Source: Eledone cirrhosa
Taxonomy: Eukaryota
DNA length: 64,000 bases
Direction of reading: 5' to 3'
NCBI GenBank assembly: GCA_964016885.1
Contig: OZ024745.1
Coordinates: 79,236,001 to 79,300,000 of the forward strand
The notes under the pieces: model-generated
The model's database searches: none
Told to the model about the DNA's origin: nothing
Seen by the model: only the letters and a program-made list of their open reading frames with translations
In this document: piece by piece, positions 38,301 through 52,053 of the stretch
Position numbering within the stretch: the stretch's first letter is position 1
Layout of the letters: the number at the start of each line of letters is the position of its first letter
Made by a program: the position numbers and the translations under genes

Positions 38301-41300
38301 TTGATGATTGAAGATATGGTTTAAACTAAGAACCTATATTTTTGTACTTATAGCAATTCACTTAGCAATGTGCCAGTGACTGTGCTTAGAAACAAGAATC
38401 CCTAGTTCAAATCTAGTTTGGGACAAGGAACATATGCAGGAATAAGAGACCTAATGATAATCAGAGATGAAAACTTAAGTAACAATAAATATTAATATAC
38501 ACTTATATGTTGTCAGTCATATTACTCCTATGTAAAAGATGAGATCCTGTCCAAAACACGAACAAGGACATATTGTATTTGATGTCTACAAGATAGACAT
38601 GATAAAACACAGACTAGAGAAAAGTAAGGCATGGAAGCTCAAGTGAGCATTGAAGATTATGATAGAAATAGCTTATATGAGGCCAGGCTTGATCTATTCG
38701 CATGATTCTACCCACATTGGAATACAATTATGCAAATAGGTCAAGCCTCCAAATTGGCGGAGTTGCTAGAATGCCAGAATTCTTTGCGGTATTTATTTTG
38801 GTTCTCCGCATTCCAAGTTCAAATCCTACTGCGGTCAACTTTGCTTTTCACCCTCTTGATGTCAATTAAAAGAAGCACCAGTCAAGTACTACAATAAATT
38901 CTTCCTCTATATCTTTTACTGTTACTCACTTCCTCTCACAAAGAAATCATCTGTGTTCAGACATGGTCAGGGGATTGGCTCCACAAGGTTTAAAGTGTCG
39001 ATGCCATATATCACAGCAACGCCACTGGGACTATCAACCACAAAATGGCTGCCTTTCAGGTGGGACCTATTTAGGACTGGTATTTAATATCCACCCCACC
39101 CCCTACACAGGGTGATAGTCGCTGACTTCCGCATTGGACAGATTTGCTAGCAGTAGTAAAATGTTGCCAAGAACTAAAACTGAATAAATGAGTGTGTTGT
39201 TTCCTTGAGCAAGACACTTTATTTCACATTGCTCCAGTTTACTCAGCTGTAGAAATGAGATGATAGGGACTGGGGTCCATATCATTCCACTGCAAAGTGG
39301 TCGTGCAGGTGCCATGGCAAAAAAAGCACCCAGCTGTAGAAATCAAGCCAGAATCAATTCCCGTCCCACCCTTGCAAGCAGGGAAAAAGCGGACGTAAAA
39401 TGAAATGATGATGATGAAATGAAATGAAATGAAATGATGAGGATGTAAGAAAAAATGTCATGGCAACTGCAAGTGCTACAATTCTGGACTTAGCTGCACA
39501 GCTTTCTGCTGCTGTACTTGCTGAAATCATATGGGAGAAAAAAAAAAGCTAGTAGATAGTCAAAAAGGTGCTATTATATTTCACAGCACAGGCCACACTG
39601 ACACTTTGTAAAATTCCCCTTCCCTCCACCACCACCCTGATGACCTGGACAGATGATTGGTTTTGAAGTGGATTATGTCTCTGAGACAACATGGCTTCCT
39701 AGTAATAATTAATAATGGTTTCTGATTTAGGTACAAGGCCAACAATTTTGGAGGAAAGGAAAGTCAATTAAATTGATCCTAGTGCATTACTGGTACTTTA
39801 TTTTATTGGCAAAGCTAACCTCAGCAGGTTTTGAACTCAGAAGCTAAAGGGCTGTAACTACATGCTGCAAAGCATGTTGGCTGCCGCTCTACCAATACTG
39901 CCAATCCACTACCCTAGTAATAATTAATACTACTACATATAATCATTTGTAGAACAAAATATTATTATGTTCAATATCATTACAATAAATTAACACTACC
40001 AACAATAGATATATCGGGGCATTTTATAATTCTTTTGTGTAGGAAATCAATCTAAAATTTTGGTACTAATTTTGACAACTCCACAAAATATATCATCATT
40101 AATATTTGTATTGACAAATTCTAAAGTATTTTACATTGTCATTTAAAAGTAGACACCTTGAACTTCAAATTGACTAAGTATGATCACATAGGCATTTAAA
40201 AGTCACTAAGCTTTGATTGTGATTTGCCACCTAGTTTGACTTGGGCATTTAGCATCTTTTTGACTGGTAATCCTTACCCGTAATACAAGTATCAAAAAAT
40301 AGTTTTACATATTTGAATTAGTCAGAATAAATGTGCTTCATTCTGAACAAAAAATATCATTTATAACTATCATCAGTGTACATATTCTAAACCGGATACA
40401 CATGGCACCCAGATAAACTAAACAGCAAGACATTCAATTTACTAATGCTTAAAAACCATTGCTATTAATAAAGGCAAAAACAATAATTACATTAAAACTA
40501 ACATTTTTAAGCTCTAGCATTTATTTCATTATAACAAAATAAATTGATTTCAAAAACAACTGCGTAAACAGCAATAACACTAACCATGTTAAGGCTGTGC
40601 ACGGTAGTGGGGTGGCTAGTGTGGCCAAGTGGGAGAAACCCACGACCGTCATCAAGCAATCGTACAACAGGAAAAAGAATGGGACGTCGCATCTCAGAGT
40701 TGCCACACTTAATGTTGGCACTAACAGGTAGATCTGGTGAGATAGCAGAGATGCTGGAGAGAAAGCATGTGGATGTGTGCAAGGGGTGAGATGGAGAGGT
40801 GTGTGTGCAAGGGGTGAGATGGAGAGGTGTCTCTGCAAGACTAATCGCAGGCAAACATAGTAGTTATAAGCTTTTCTGGGTGGGTAATGATGATGGGTTA
40901 GGTGGGGTAGGCATATTACTGGCTGAGTGGTGGATCAATAAGACAATAGAGGTAGTTAGAGTTAGTAATAGAATAATTAAGATTAGATTAGTTGTAGGCA
41001 AGAGACTATTGACAATCATCTCTGCCTATGCTCCCCAGGCAAGCCTAGGTAAAGAAGAGAAAGACGGCTTTTACGAGCAACCTTTACAGACAGTCTCAAT
41101 GATAGAGGACAGAGACATTGTTATGCTAGCAGGGGACTTCAATGGACATGTTGGACAGCTCCAGGATGGATACACTGGGGTACATGGTGGGCACGGTTAC
41201 AGCTCAAGAAATGAAGGAGTGAGGTTTTTGAATTTTGTGATGCAAATGCACTAACCATTTGCAACACTAACTTCCAGAAGCCTACCAACCAACTAATAAC

Positions 41301-44300
41301 CTACAAATCAGGCGAGCACATAAGCCAGATTGACTTCCTTCTAGTTAGACAGTGAGACAGACGGATGGTGTCAAACACTAAGGCATACCCTGGGGAAGAA
41401 TGTACCCCACAGCATAGGTTAGTTGTTAGTGACATCTCAGTAAACAAGAGAAAGAATGAGACATACAGGAATGTCTGGAAAAGATATGTCTGAAAGCTAA
41501 AAGACCTTTAATTAAAATATAAATTTAGCAAAGTCTTTCAAGGTGTTTACGACGAAAAAGAAGACGATTAAGAGTTGTATGACATAGATGATAACTGGAA
41601 TTTCAGGCTACTGAAGAAACTTGTGGTTGGGGCAGAGCTTCAACCAGACAGAGAGTGACCTGGTGGTGGAACAGAACGGTAGATAGGCCCATTAGAGACA
41701 AAAAACTGGCATGGAAAGCTTGGAAAAATGGTAGGATTAGAGACGGAAACACAGCCACTAAGAGAGAAGCTAGACGTCAGGTGCACTTAGCACGCAGGGA
41801 GGCTGGGAGTAGGAGGTTTGCCAATGTTCTGCGACGGGAAGGTCAGAGACATGCGGTGTTCCGCATTGCAAGTCAGTGCGAATCAGGATGTTGTTGGAGA
41901 TAAGTGTGTCCGGAATGATGCCGGTGTACTTTGTGTCACGAATGATCAAAAGAAGGAATCCTGGAAATGTCATTATGAGAGACTGATAAATGTAGAGAAC
42001 GAATGGGACAGAGAGGAATTACCCCCAGTAAACCCGACAGAGGGACCAGCTATTGAGATTGATGAATATAGGATACAAGAGGCAATTAAGGAAATGAAGA
42101 ATGGTAAGGCTGCTGGACCGACTGAGATGCTGACGGCATCAGGAGAAGTAGGCACTAAACTAGTTGCACGCATCCTTAATCAAGCTATATATGGTGGTGT
42201 CATACCCAAAGACTGGTGCAGCAGTATTCTCATAAATTGCTACAAAGATAAAGGGGATGCTCTAGAGAGGAGCAATTATAGGGGTATAAAACTGATGGAT
42301 CAGGTTATGAAAGTGGCAGAGAGAATATTAGCACAATTGATTAGAGAAAGGGTCAATTTAGATGAGATGCAGTTTGGTTCTGTGCCTCAGAAAAGTACAA
42401 CAGATGCCTTCTTAGTGAGGCAACTACAAGAGAGGTTCTTAGAGAAGAATAAGCCACTATACTTAGCTTTTGTTGACCTAGAGAAGGCCTTTGATAGAGA
42501 CCACCAGATGACAGATCGGGGTACCCTAAGTGTAGAGGAATGGCTTGTGAGGACAGTGCAATCTATATACAGGGGTACTGTCAGTAGAGGAATTCCAGAT
42601 ACAAGTAGGTGTACATCAAGGTTCGGTCATCAGCCCACTCTTGTTCATTATAGTCCTCCAAGCCATAACAGAGGAGTTTAAGGCTGGATGCCCATGGGAA
42701 CTTCTCTATGCTGATGATCTGGTTCTTATATAAATTCTGGCTATGGAAATAGCAGTTGGAAGCAAGAGCACTGAGAGTGAGCATAGCTCTGATTCCATCG
42801 GAGAAATGGCCATGTTCGATATGTAGGAAAGGAACGGGCATAAATTCCATAAAATGTACGCAATGCAGATTTTGGGTACACAAGAGATGTAGTGGGATAG
42901 CAGGCAAACTAACAGGTAGGGAAAACTACGTATGCAGTAGACGTACAGGGAAAGTTGGCAGTAGTAATTGCTGTGATACACTCATTTTTCCAATGCAGGG
43001 GGGTTCTATAAAAGTGGTTGATAGCTTCCGGTACCTCGGTGAACAGATTAGCATGGGGGGGGGGGGTTCTGAGGCTATAGGATCTAGAATAAGGACGGGT
43101 TGCAAGAAGTTTAGGGAGGTGCTTCCTCTGTTCACAAAGAAGGGTTTCTCCCTGCATACGAAAGGACGGTTATATGATGCCTGTGTGAGATGCGATGCGC
43201 GATGCTGCATGGTAGTGAGACATGGGCAGCAACTGCAGAAGATATGCGACGGTTGGAGAGAAATGAAGCAAGTATGCTCCATTGGATGTGCAATGTCAAT
43301 GTGCGTGAACGACCAAGCATAGACTATTTGAGAAAGAAACTGGGTATAAGAGGGATAAGTTGTGGTATGCAGGAGGGAAGGCTGAGATGGTATGGACATG
43401 AGATATGCATGGAGAATGACCGCTGAGTGAAGAAGTGCCAGGAAGTCCCAGTGGAGGGAAGACGCAGTAGCGGCAGACCACGAAAAACATAGGCTGAGGT
43501 GGTGAGAGCAGACCTCAGATCGCTGAAACTCACCGAGGAGATGATGAAGGACCGTGACAAGTGTAGAGATACTGTGCTGAATAGGACCCGTCCAACCCTT
43601 GCAAGGAGAGAAAAGCAGACGTAAAATGATGATGATGATGAATAACCTGTTCCTCTTCACCTGAAACAGAGTTTTAGACATTTACAAATAAATACCATCC
43701 ATTGATAAACACTTCCCCAAAGAGTCAATTTAATCAACAATTTTTAAAAACTTTTGGCAAAAATCTGGATAAATGTCAAGACGATGCAAAAATAATTTCA
43801 TTCACTTGAGAATATAATATATAATCTATTTTAATACAATGACATTTTTACAAATATGAAGCTAAGACTGTCAATTGCCTTAACTTGAGCATAAATAAAT
43901 CTCCAATTCAATCCATAATTCACCAAATGATAAATAACATTAAATAATACAAAAACAAAACAAGCAGTATAATAAGGTATCTAAGGATGAAAGAGTTAAG
44001 GAACAATACTTACTTCTCTAATTGGGGAGTATTCACACCAATTGTTTTAGAAATTTCATTAGTGTATGCCTCATTGCTTATTTCCAAATTGTTGACTATT
44101 TTTTTATTGATTCTGTTTCCCTCTGATGAAAGTAAAGAACAAATAGAAAGGGGTATCATAGAGTGGTTAAAGGATTTACAAGTTTAAGCTACAGAAAAAC
44201 ATATTTTAAATTCAGAATATAAAATCATATGAGCATATCAGGAACTTGGGGAGAAAAATTGTAAGCAGGACAAGCAAAAGAGAGTAAAGTAGAGGAAGTG

Positions 44301-47300
44301 ATGCAAAGGTAAAACAGGCAGGAGAAAGGATTAACCCTTTTAATACCAAACCATCCAAAACCACACAGGTTCTACGATACTAAGCAATTTATTTAAAAGT
44401 GTTTATACTTATTTAAACATTTTGTAAGAACCTTTGTTAAACTACATTCCAAACACAAGATCAATCATGAGAAAATTAGTTGTATCACTAAATATCTCCA
44501 AATTCTCTCTTTTCAAAGCTACTTGAACATCATAAACAGTAATTTCTCAAAAATGTTATGAAGAGATTACATTTCTTAAAATAAACATGTAACCTACCAT
44601 CATCATATATATATACTTTTGGAGGAATTGAATCAGTGACAACCTTCAGCAAATATTGAGAATCTTGAAGTATATGTTTTCCAATGAGGGCAGCAAGTTT
44701 TGTAAAGTGCTGAGAAGTAACTTCTGGAGGAAAACTCAAGACACAACACACAGCCTGCAATAAATAAACAAACAAAATATAAATAACTAAAAATACATGA
44801 AAAATAAACACGAATAATATTTTAAAATAGCTGAAATAAAAGACATACGTCAAAATATTTTGCTTTATTTTCCTTACAGTAGAATTTTTAGATACTACAG
44901 GGGGGAAGGGGCTATTCATGTATGGTGCCATTTCCTGGTACCTTGGTTCACGAACTTAATTTGTTCCTCAAGGCTGTTCGTCATCCAAAATATTTGTAAA
45001 CTGAAACTATTTTTTTCCATACAAAATGTTGAGAGAAATACAGTGAGACAGAATGTGAAAGACAGATAGATATGACCATAGTAACTAACTATACAGCAAG
45101 TGACGCTTTCCTGCTGATACGCCAAACTTGTTGCCGGATTGCATGTTCGTTAGTTGAGACACTGTTCCTGAACCAAGACGTTTTATGTTCCGAAAAATTG
45201 TTTGTGATGAGAGGCATTCGTGAATCGAGATTCCATTGTACTTATTTTTGTTTTCCTGTCTACATAATCAATTAAGATGTCATCAATGATGTTTTCAAAA
45301 TGTTATCTATCTATCCCACTTTTTTTTTACTCTACTTCAACTATTTTTTTTCACCTAACATGCTGTGCATCTGTTTAGAACACGTACACCATATCCTTGT
45401 GCGTCATAAAAAGCAGCTGTAAGAACATTGCCTCGAAGTCCCATCCAACGCATGCCAACATGGAAAAGTTGACATAAAAATAGGATAATGTAGAATCCAT
45501 TTGCCTTATGTCACCAAACCTGGGCAGTGTACTGGCAGAATTGTTAGAGCATTAGACAAATGATAAGCATTTATTCTGGCTCATAGCATTCTGAGTTCAA
45601 ATCCCACTGAGGTCAACTTTGTCTTTCATCCTACTGGGGTTGATAAACTAAAATATCATTTAAGTACTACAGTCAATATATATTTGCCCTTTCCCTAAAT
45701 GGGGGTCTTGTGCCAATATATTAGAAAGAAATATCACCAAACCAAAGTAACCACTTTTATGTATACTTCATCCAATACTTTCAATGCACAGCCACATCTA
45801 TTTCAATTGTGTTCAACTTTTCTAGGAAATTAACATTGCCTATTCAACCTTTTGCTGCAGGTCTTCTGCACTATACAGTACCAAGTGTATAACTTTATAT
45901 AAACAGCTGTGTAACATCATCATCATCATTATTGTTTTTATGTCCACTTTTCCATGCTGGCATGGGTTGGAAGGGATGGTGGAGACCATGTTTTACAGCT
46001 GCCAGATGCTCTTCCTGACACCAATTTATATTTTTAAAAAGTATTTTTAGAGCCCAAAAGATGTCCTTTCAGAACCTAGCAACTATGCTATGCAGCAGTT
46101 CCATACTATATTGTGACTGACTAGTGAAAACTGGAGATGGGAGGGGAAATCAAATTAACACCTCACCTCTATGAAGGTTTCATCATCATCATTTTACATC
46201 CGCTTTTCCCTGCTTGCAAGGGTGGGACGGGAACTGATTCTGGCTCGATTTCTATGGCTGGATGCCCTTCCTAACACCAACCTTATTTACAGTGAGTGCT
46301 GGGTGCTTTTTTGCTGTGGCACCTCCACGACCACTTTGCAGTGGAATGATATGGACCCCAGTCCCTATCATCTCATTTCTACAGCTGAGTAAACTGGAGC
46401 AATGTGAAATAAAGTGTCTTGCTCAAGGAAACAACACATCACCCTGTCTGAGAATTGAACTCACAACCTTTCGATTGCAAGGCCAATGCTCTAACCACTA
46501 AGCCATGTGCCTATATATATTGCATCTCAAAGGGAGTTTCTCAGATGTTTCAATTATCTTGAAAAGCAACATAAAATGAAGTATTTCACTCAATAAAACA
46601 AAAGGTGCAACCTGATCCAGGAATTAACCCTACAAACTCATGAGTGTGAGTTGAACACCCTAACTATTAGGGCATACATCTTTACTAGTGAACTATTTAA
46701 ATAGTTTGTGACTATTTCTACTTTTATAGAAGTGTAACTATATTAGACAACAATTGCAATGAAAATCTCCCATATATACACATTCAAGAATATAGTTTTA
46801 CCTGTTGTGGTATTTTCATCAGCTCAGGAGAAAGAACTCTTAACTTGTCGATTGTAGTCACCTCACAGTTACCAAAATCTATGTATTTCACTTTTACCCT
46901 GTCAGATTTCAAGATTTCCACAAGTATTGCTCGATACCAAACACTATCTTCACTGAACATACAGGCATATAACTGGCCAATTTTCATAGACTTCGTATTC
47001 CGTAACAAAGTACTGTCATCTTCACAAGACTGAAACATAGCATAAAACAAATAATAATAATGAATGTTGTTAAATCTTACAAAATGGTTTATATATTTTT
47101 AAAAATGTAGTTTAACTATTAACATTCTGTACTACATGAAACCACATTAGTAAGAAATTCTTGAAAAGTACAAAACAGCATGACTACATCACTTTTAAAA
47201 TTTCATAGTTTTTATTCTACTATTGCAAATTTTTGCAATGATCTGTACATAGGTACAGATAGTATAAGCATTTGAATAAACAAACCTGTTTTTAGTTATT

Positions 47301-50300
47301 TTCTGCTAAATCATTACAGGATGTTAAAAGTTACTTTCATCTTAATCAACCGATGTGTTTATGAAGGAACTAGGCAAGTTTGAAAATTTGAAATTTATTT
47401 GTTTTTGTTGTGAAAAACTGTTACAATTAATATATTGATTTCTAATTTAAACAAAAAGTTGATTAAAGTAATCCCAGTGTTTGACTGGTAATTTATTGAT
47501 AAAAGGCAAAGTTGACTTCAGTGGGATTTGAATTCAGAATATTAAGAGCCAGAACAAATACTACAATGGCATTTTATTTGAAGCTCTAGCAATTCTGCCA
47601 ATAATTCATATATTAATTATAAAATAGTTAAATCACATAAATTACTCTTGCAGACAGAAAAAGGTGACCAGAGGTGTCTGTAAGTATCAAACAATGCAGA
47701 CAGTTTCCACAGCCATTATTTTAAAATGACTTAGCTAACCTTTTGCTGTCTAAATGGAAAACTTCACCATCACTGTTTCACATCTATTTTTCCATGTTTG
47801 CATGGTTTGGACAGGTCTTTTCCAGCAGAGCCTCCCTCCACTCCCCAGTCTTTTGTTATCTCCTCATTAGTGATTCGAGATCAGCTCTCACTACTGCTGC
47901 CTAGGTCTTCTACTGTAGCATCCTTCCACTAGGATTTCTTTACCCAGCAATCATCATATGTCCATACCAGTGCAGTTTTCTCTCTTGCAAACTACATCTG
48001 ATTCCTCTTATACCTAGTTTTTCTCTCAGTTCATTTATGCTCCATCATTGAGAGATATTAACATTGTGGTTGATTCAAAATGGAAACAAACCACAATGTT
48101 TACGGAGAATTTAGGCAAGTTTGAAAATTTGAAATATATTTATTTGTGTTGTGAAAAGATGCCACATTTCATATTTTAATTATAGAAAAGTCAAATAAGA
48201 TAATTATTCTTGGAGATGCAGGGAAAAGCGGACGTAAAATGATGATGATGATTTCAATTATTTTTTGTCAAGAAGTTGAAAAGACAAAGATTTTAAAATA
48301 TTCTTACTTTGTATAATTTACAGAGTATTTCCTTTTGTATATTTTGGTTCTCTTCTGTACTTAACTGAACATATATGTTCAACTTGTCAACATAAGTCAC
48401 CAATACCTGAAAAAAAAAAAAGTTAATAGAAATAGCTACACATTTGAGCCACAGAATGGACAACCATTTAGCACTGTAAAATGTCTCTCTCTCACACACA
48501 CAATTGAAACCATTTATAGATAAAATTAAATTTAATAAAACAATTTTTAAAATATTCAGATTTTTTTTAATGAATTAACAAAAATCTCCATGGAAAGAAA
48601 AAGCTCACATCCAAACATTTTTCTCAATTTCTGTAGTCTTAGATTTTAATGAAAGGTTATAGAAAAAAGTAAGAAGTACTGTGAAGAAGCAATTAACCTG
48701 AGAAGTCCCACGAGAAGGTAGCTCAACAGTTTCTAATTCCTGGCTATCACCATCAGAAAGAGTATGACAAGGAGATGATTTTTCCAAACTATCACTCCTA
48801 GCAGCAGTTTTTCTCTGAGCAGATTCAGTAGGAGGTATGATACTACCAAACCATTTATCAATAGAAACATCTTCTATGTCTGACTCCTTTTTTGAAGATT
48901 TGTCATGCTTGGATACATTGGTATCAGATTTTGGGGAGCAGTGAGAAACTTTTTTATTTGAGGATGAAGAATTGCTTCTCTTATGTTGGTTGTTACTCCT
49001 CTTTGGGGAATGCTGAAATAAAATAGATAAAATGAACTTTAACAATCATTAATTAATCCAGTTTTCTATGAAAAAAGTATAATAGGACATATTTTAAAAT
49101 AATTTATATTGTTTTAGGCAAATCAGTACTATGTAAATTAAAAATAGAGTAGATAGAGTAAGATAAGATAACAGTTTGCACATTTATCTTATATTTCAGG
49201 GTTAAAAAATTTGTTTTAATGAAGAGAGAGGAGCCCAGTTAACCAGTAACTTCACATTCCATTTCTTTCCTTTTGAAATAGGGGCCTTAACACTGAAACA
49301 TAAAATATAAGATAAATATATAAAGTTTTGTTTTATACCCATTTTCACTCCTCTAAAAATAATTTTAACCACATATCTCACAAAGCTTCCTATAGACAAT
49401 ACTACTTTAATATTATACTACTATAATAAATAACTACAAAGAGACTTGATAAACAATGTTGTCCAATAATAAAACATTTCTCTAGTAAAAAAAGTAAATA
49501 AATGTATGTAACATATCAGAAACATAATTGCAATATCAGAACTAAAGACAACAGTAAAGAAAAAGATAAGGAGAAATTGGTATCTATAAGTTACATATAT
49601 AGTAAAATTTCTGCAATGTGGTGAAATTGGGGCAACATCATCTGATGGAGTCATAGGTACACTATCATGACGTATGGCATGCCTTGGGTATTTTAAACCT
49701 ACCAGAACCCATCCCACTCTAAGTCTGAACACAGCCAATTTCTCCCTCAAAAAGGTAGAGACTGTCAGAGAGAGGAAGTGAGAAAGAAACTGAGGAAGAA
49801 TTGATCCCAATACAGACAGGTATTTTACCAACCTCAAAAGGATGAAAGGCAAAGTTGACCTCAGTGTAATTTCAATTTGGAGTGCACAGTGCAGAAATAA
49901 ATACCACAAAGCATTCTATCTGATGTCCTAAAGACTGCCAATTCACTGCTTTATTTCTACATGTTATCCTTGGATTAAAAGGTTTAGAACTTGTTGCTAC
50001 GAACTAGAGACAAAACAAGTATCAAAACAGTTCTGGAAATGCTTCAATAGAAACAAAAGAATGCAGTATCAATAGTCATTTTAATCAGAAGCACTTTGTT
50101 GAAATACATACCACCAGTAAATAGCAGCAACTGATATACTGTTACCAGGTCTACTTTGCTTGCTTCTTCGGTGGCAGAAAATGGTTTCATCAGAACAAAA
50201 GACATTGCACCTAGTGGTCTACATGCCAAAAGTTTGCTCAATAACCAGACATGGGTTGACTTCACTACTGCTTATGAAATCCACAGCTACCCCATGTAAT

Positions 50301-52022
50301 TTTGTCTATAAAACTTGATGGCGGTTGGGGGTGGTTTCTCGCACATGGCTGCACAAGCCACTCCACTACTGTGTGCAGCCATAACATGGTTAGTGTTATT
50401 ACTGATTATGCAGTTATTGCTATATTTGTATATATATATAACTATGTGTATCTGGTCTACAATAGGTATACCGTATCTATGTGCCATAAGGAACTAATAG
50501 GGTTAGTGTCAGGAAAGGCATCTGGTTGTAACACACTGCCTCAAGAAGTTCCATCCCATCCATGCCCACATGGAAAAGTCGTCGTCATCATTATCATGGG
50601 ATTACACAACTATAACTGGCAACTATCTCAATTAATTAAGCAAAATACAAAATTTTAAAATAAAATGTACTCACACTGCCCTTTAAACTCGACTTGTTTG
50701 CAGATGAGTTTAAATCTAAATCAACATCAAACCGCTCAGCAAGTTCTTGGAGACTCATATTACTGATAAAAGAAATATAAATTAAAAACAAAACAAAAAC
50801 AAAAAATAATTGCATATAAAATAAATTTTCAAGTAATTTCATTGCATAACTAAAATTTTCTGGATATAGCAAACATGCCTATACAAAATATATATGAATT
50901 TACAACTCTATGCATAACAATAATTTTATTTAATCCTTTTACACAATGAGTTTCCAGTTTGTGGGATTTTGAGCTTCCTTCAGTGATGACTATAAAATAA
51001 ATAGTTCGATGCCTGTGACAATACTAACAGTTAACGCTACAACTGATTGCCCAACACCCTCTCAACTCAGTAATCTATGGTTTTCCTTAATTAGAGTGAC
51101 TAACATTTAAAAAAAAAAAAAAATGCCTTCAGTTAAGATTTCATGACATACCAGTTAGTTAAGTGAGTTTAAATTCTTCATTGTTGGGTTAGTAAATCTG
51201 TTCACAAAGAAAGAAAAATACCATACCTGAAACTAAAGCATTCATTCTGATGGCCATTCATCCAAGCCTTCTCTTGACAGCGCATACTACAATATGGTGT
51301 CTTGCACCTGGAGCATCGCTTGGTAGCTGAAAATCATACAAAATGAGTGGCAATAAGGAATTATGATATTCATGCCTTTCCAAAAGGCTCTTAATGATAG
51401 GAATGATTTCTAAGTGGAAAATTGTTGTACTACAAATGTGACCTCATGTTAATTTTAAGTAAGAACCAAGATTTTATGAATGCAAATTTTCACTAAATAC
51501 ACTGTAAAGTTGGCTTTGATTGAATTGACCTATGATCAAAAGCTTTCCAACCAATTTTAAGAAATGGTGTATCTAGGACTACATTATTCAATGTAACCTT
51601 TCTTTTAAGATGGTAGAATATACTTTGAAGTTTTTGCTGTTATTTCAAACAACAGTGATGTGATTCTTTTATTGGATCACTCTAGTATTAATACTTTCAT
51701 TAAATTGACATAATTGTTTTATTGACATCACTACCTTTCACTGACCAAATAATTAACCAAGTCACTTAGTACAAAGTGATTGAGCCTTGTCCAACCTATG
51801 CCAACAAGGAAAGGATGATATAAAAATGATAACATAAGATCTGTGTTATTTTAAAATTCATTTTTCCATGCTGAGAGAGAGGTTTGCCATAAAGTACACC
51901 AATAAGAGCATTTAAATATTAAAGTTTTATTCAAAATAGAATAAAACAATTTTGATCTCACCTTCACTCCCACAATTTGCGCATTGTTTCTTTAACTGCA
52001 ACATTCCAGAATCATCTAAAAG

Positions 52023-52053
<31 letters not shown>

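Noticed and set aside
39450-39523. Candidate extra Tudor-gene exon (ATTTCAG acceptor on -)
   Set aside because: Stop codon in the required phase; 44014 joins 37966 in frame without it.
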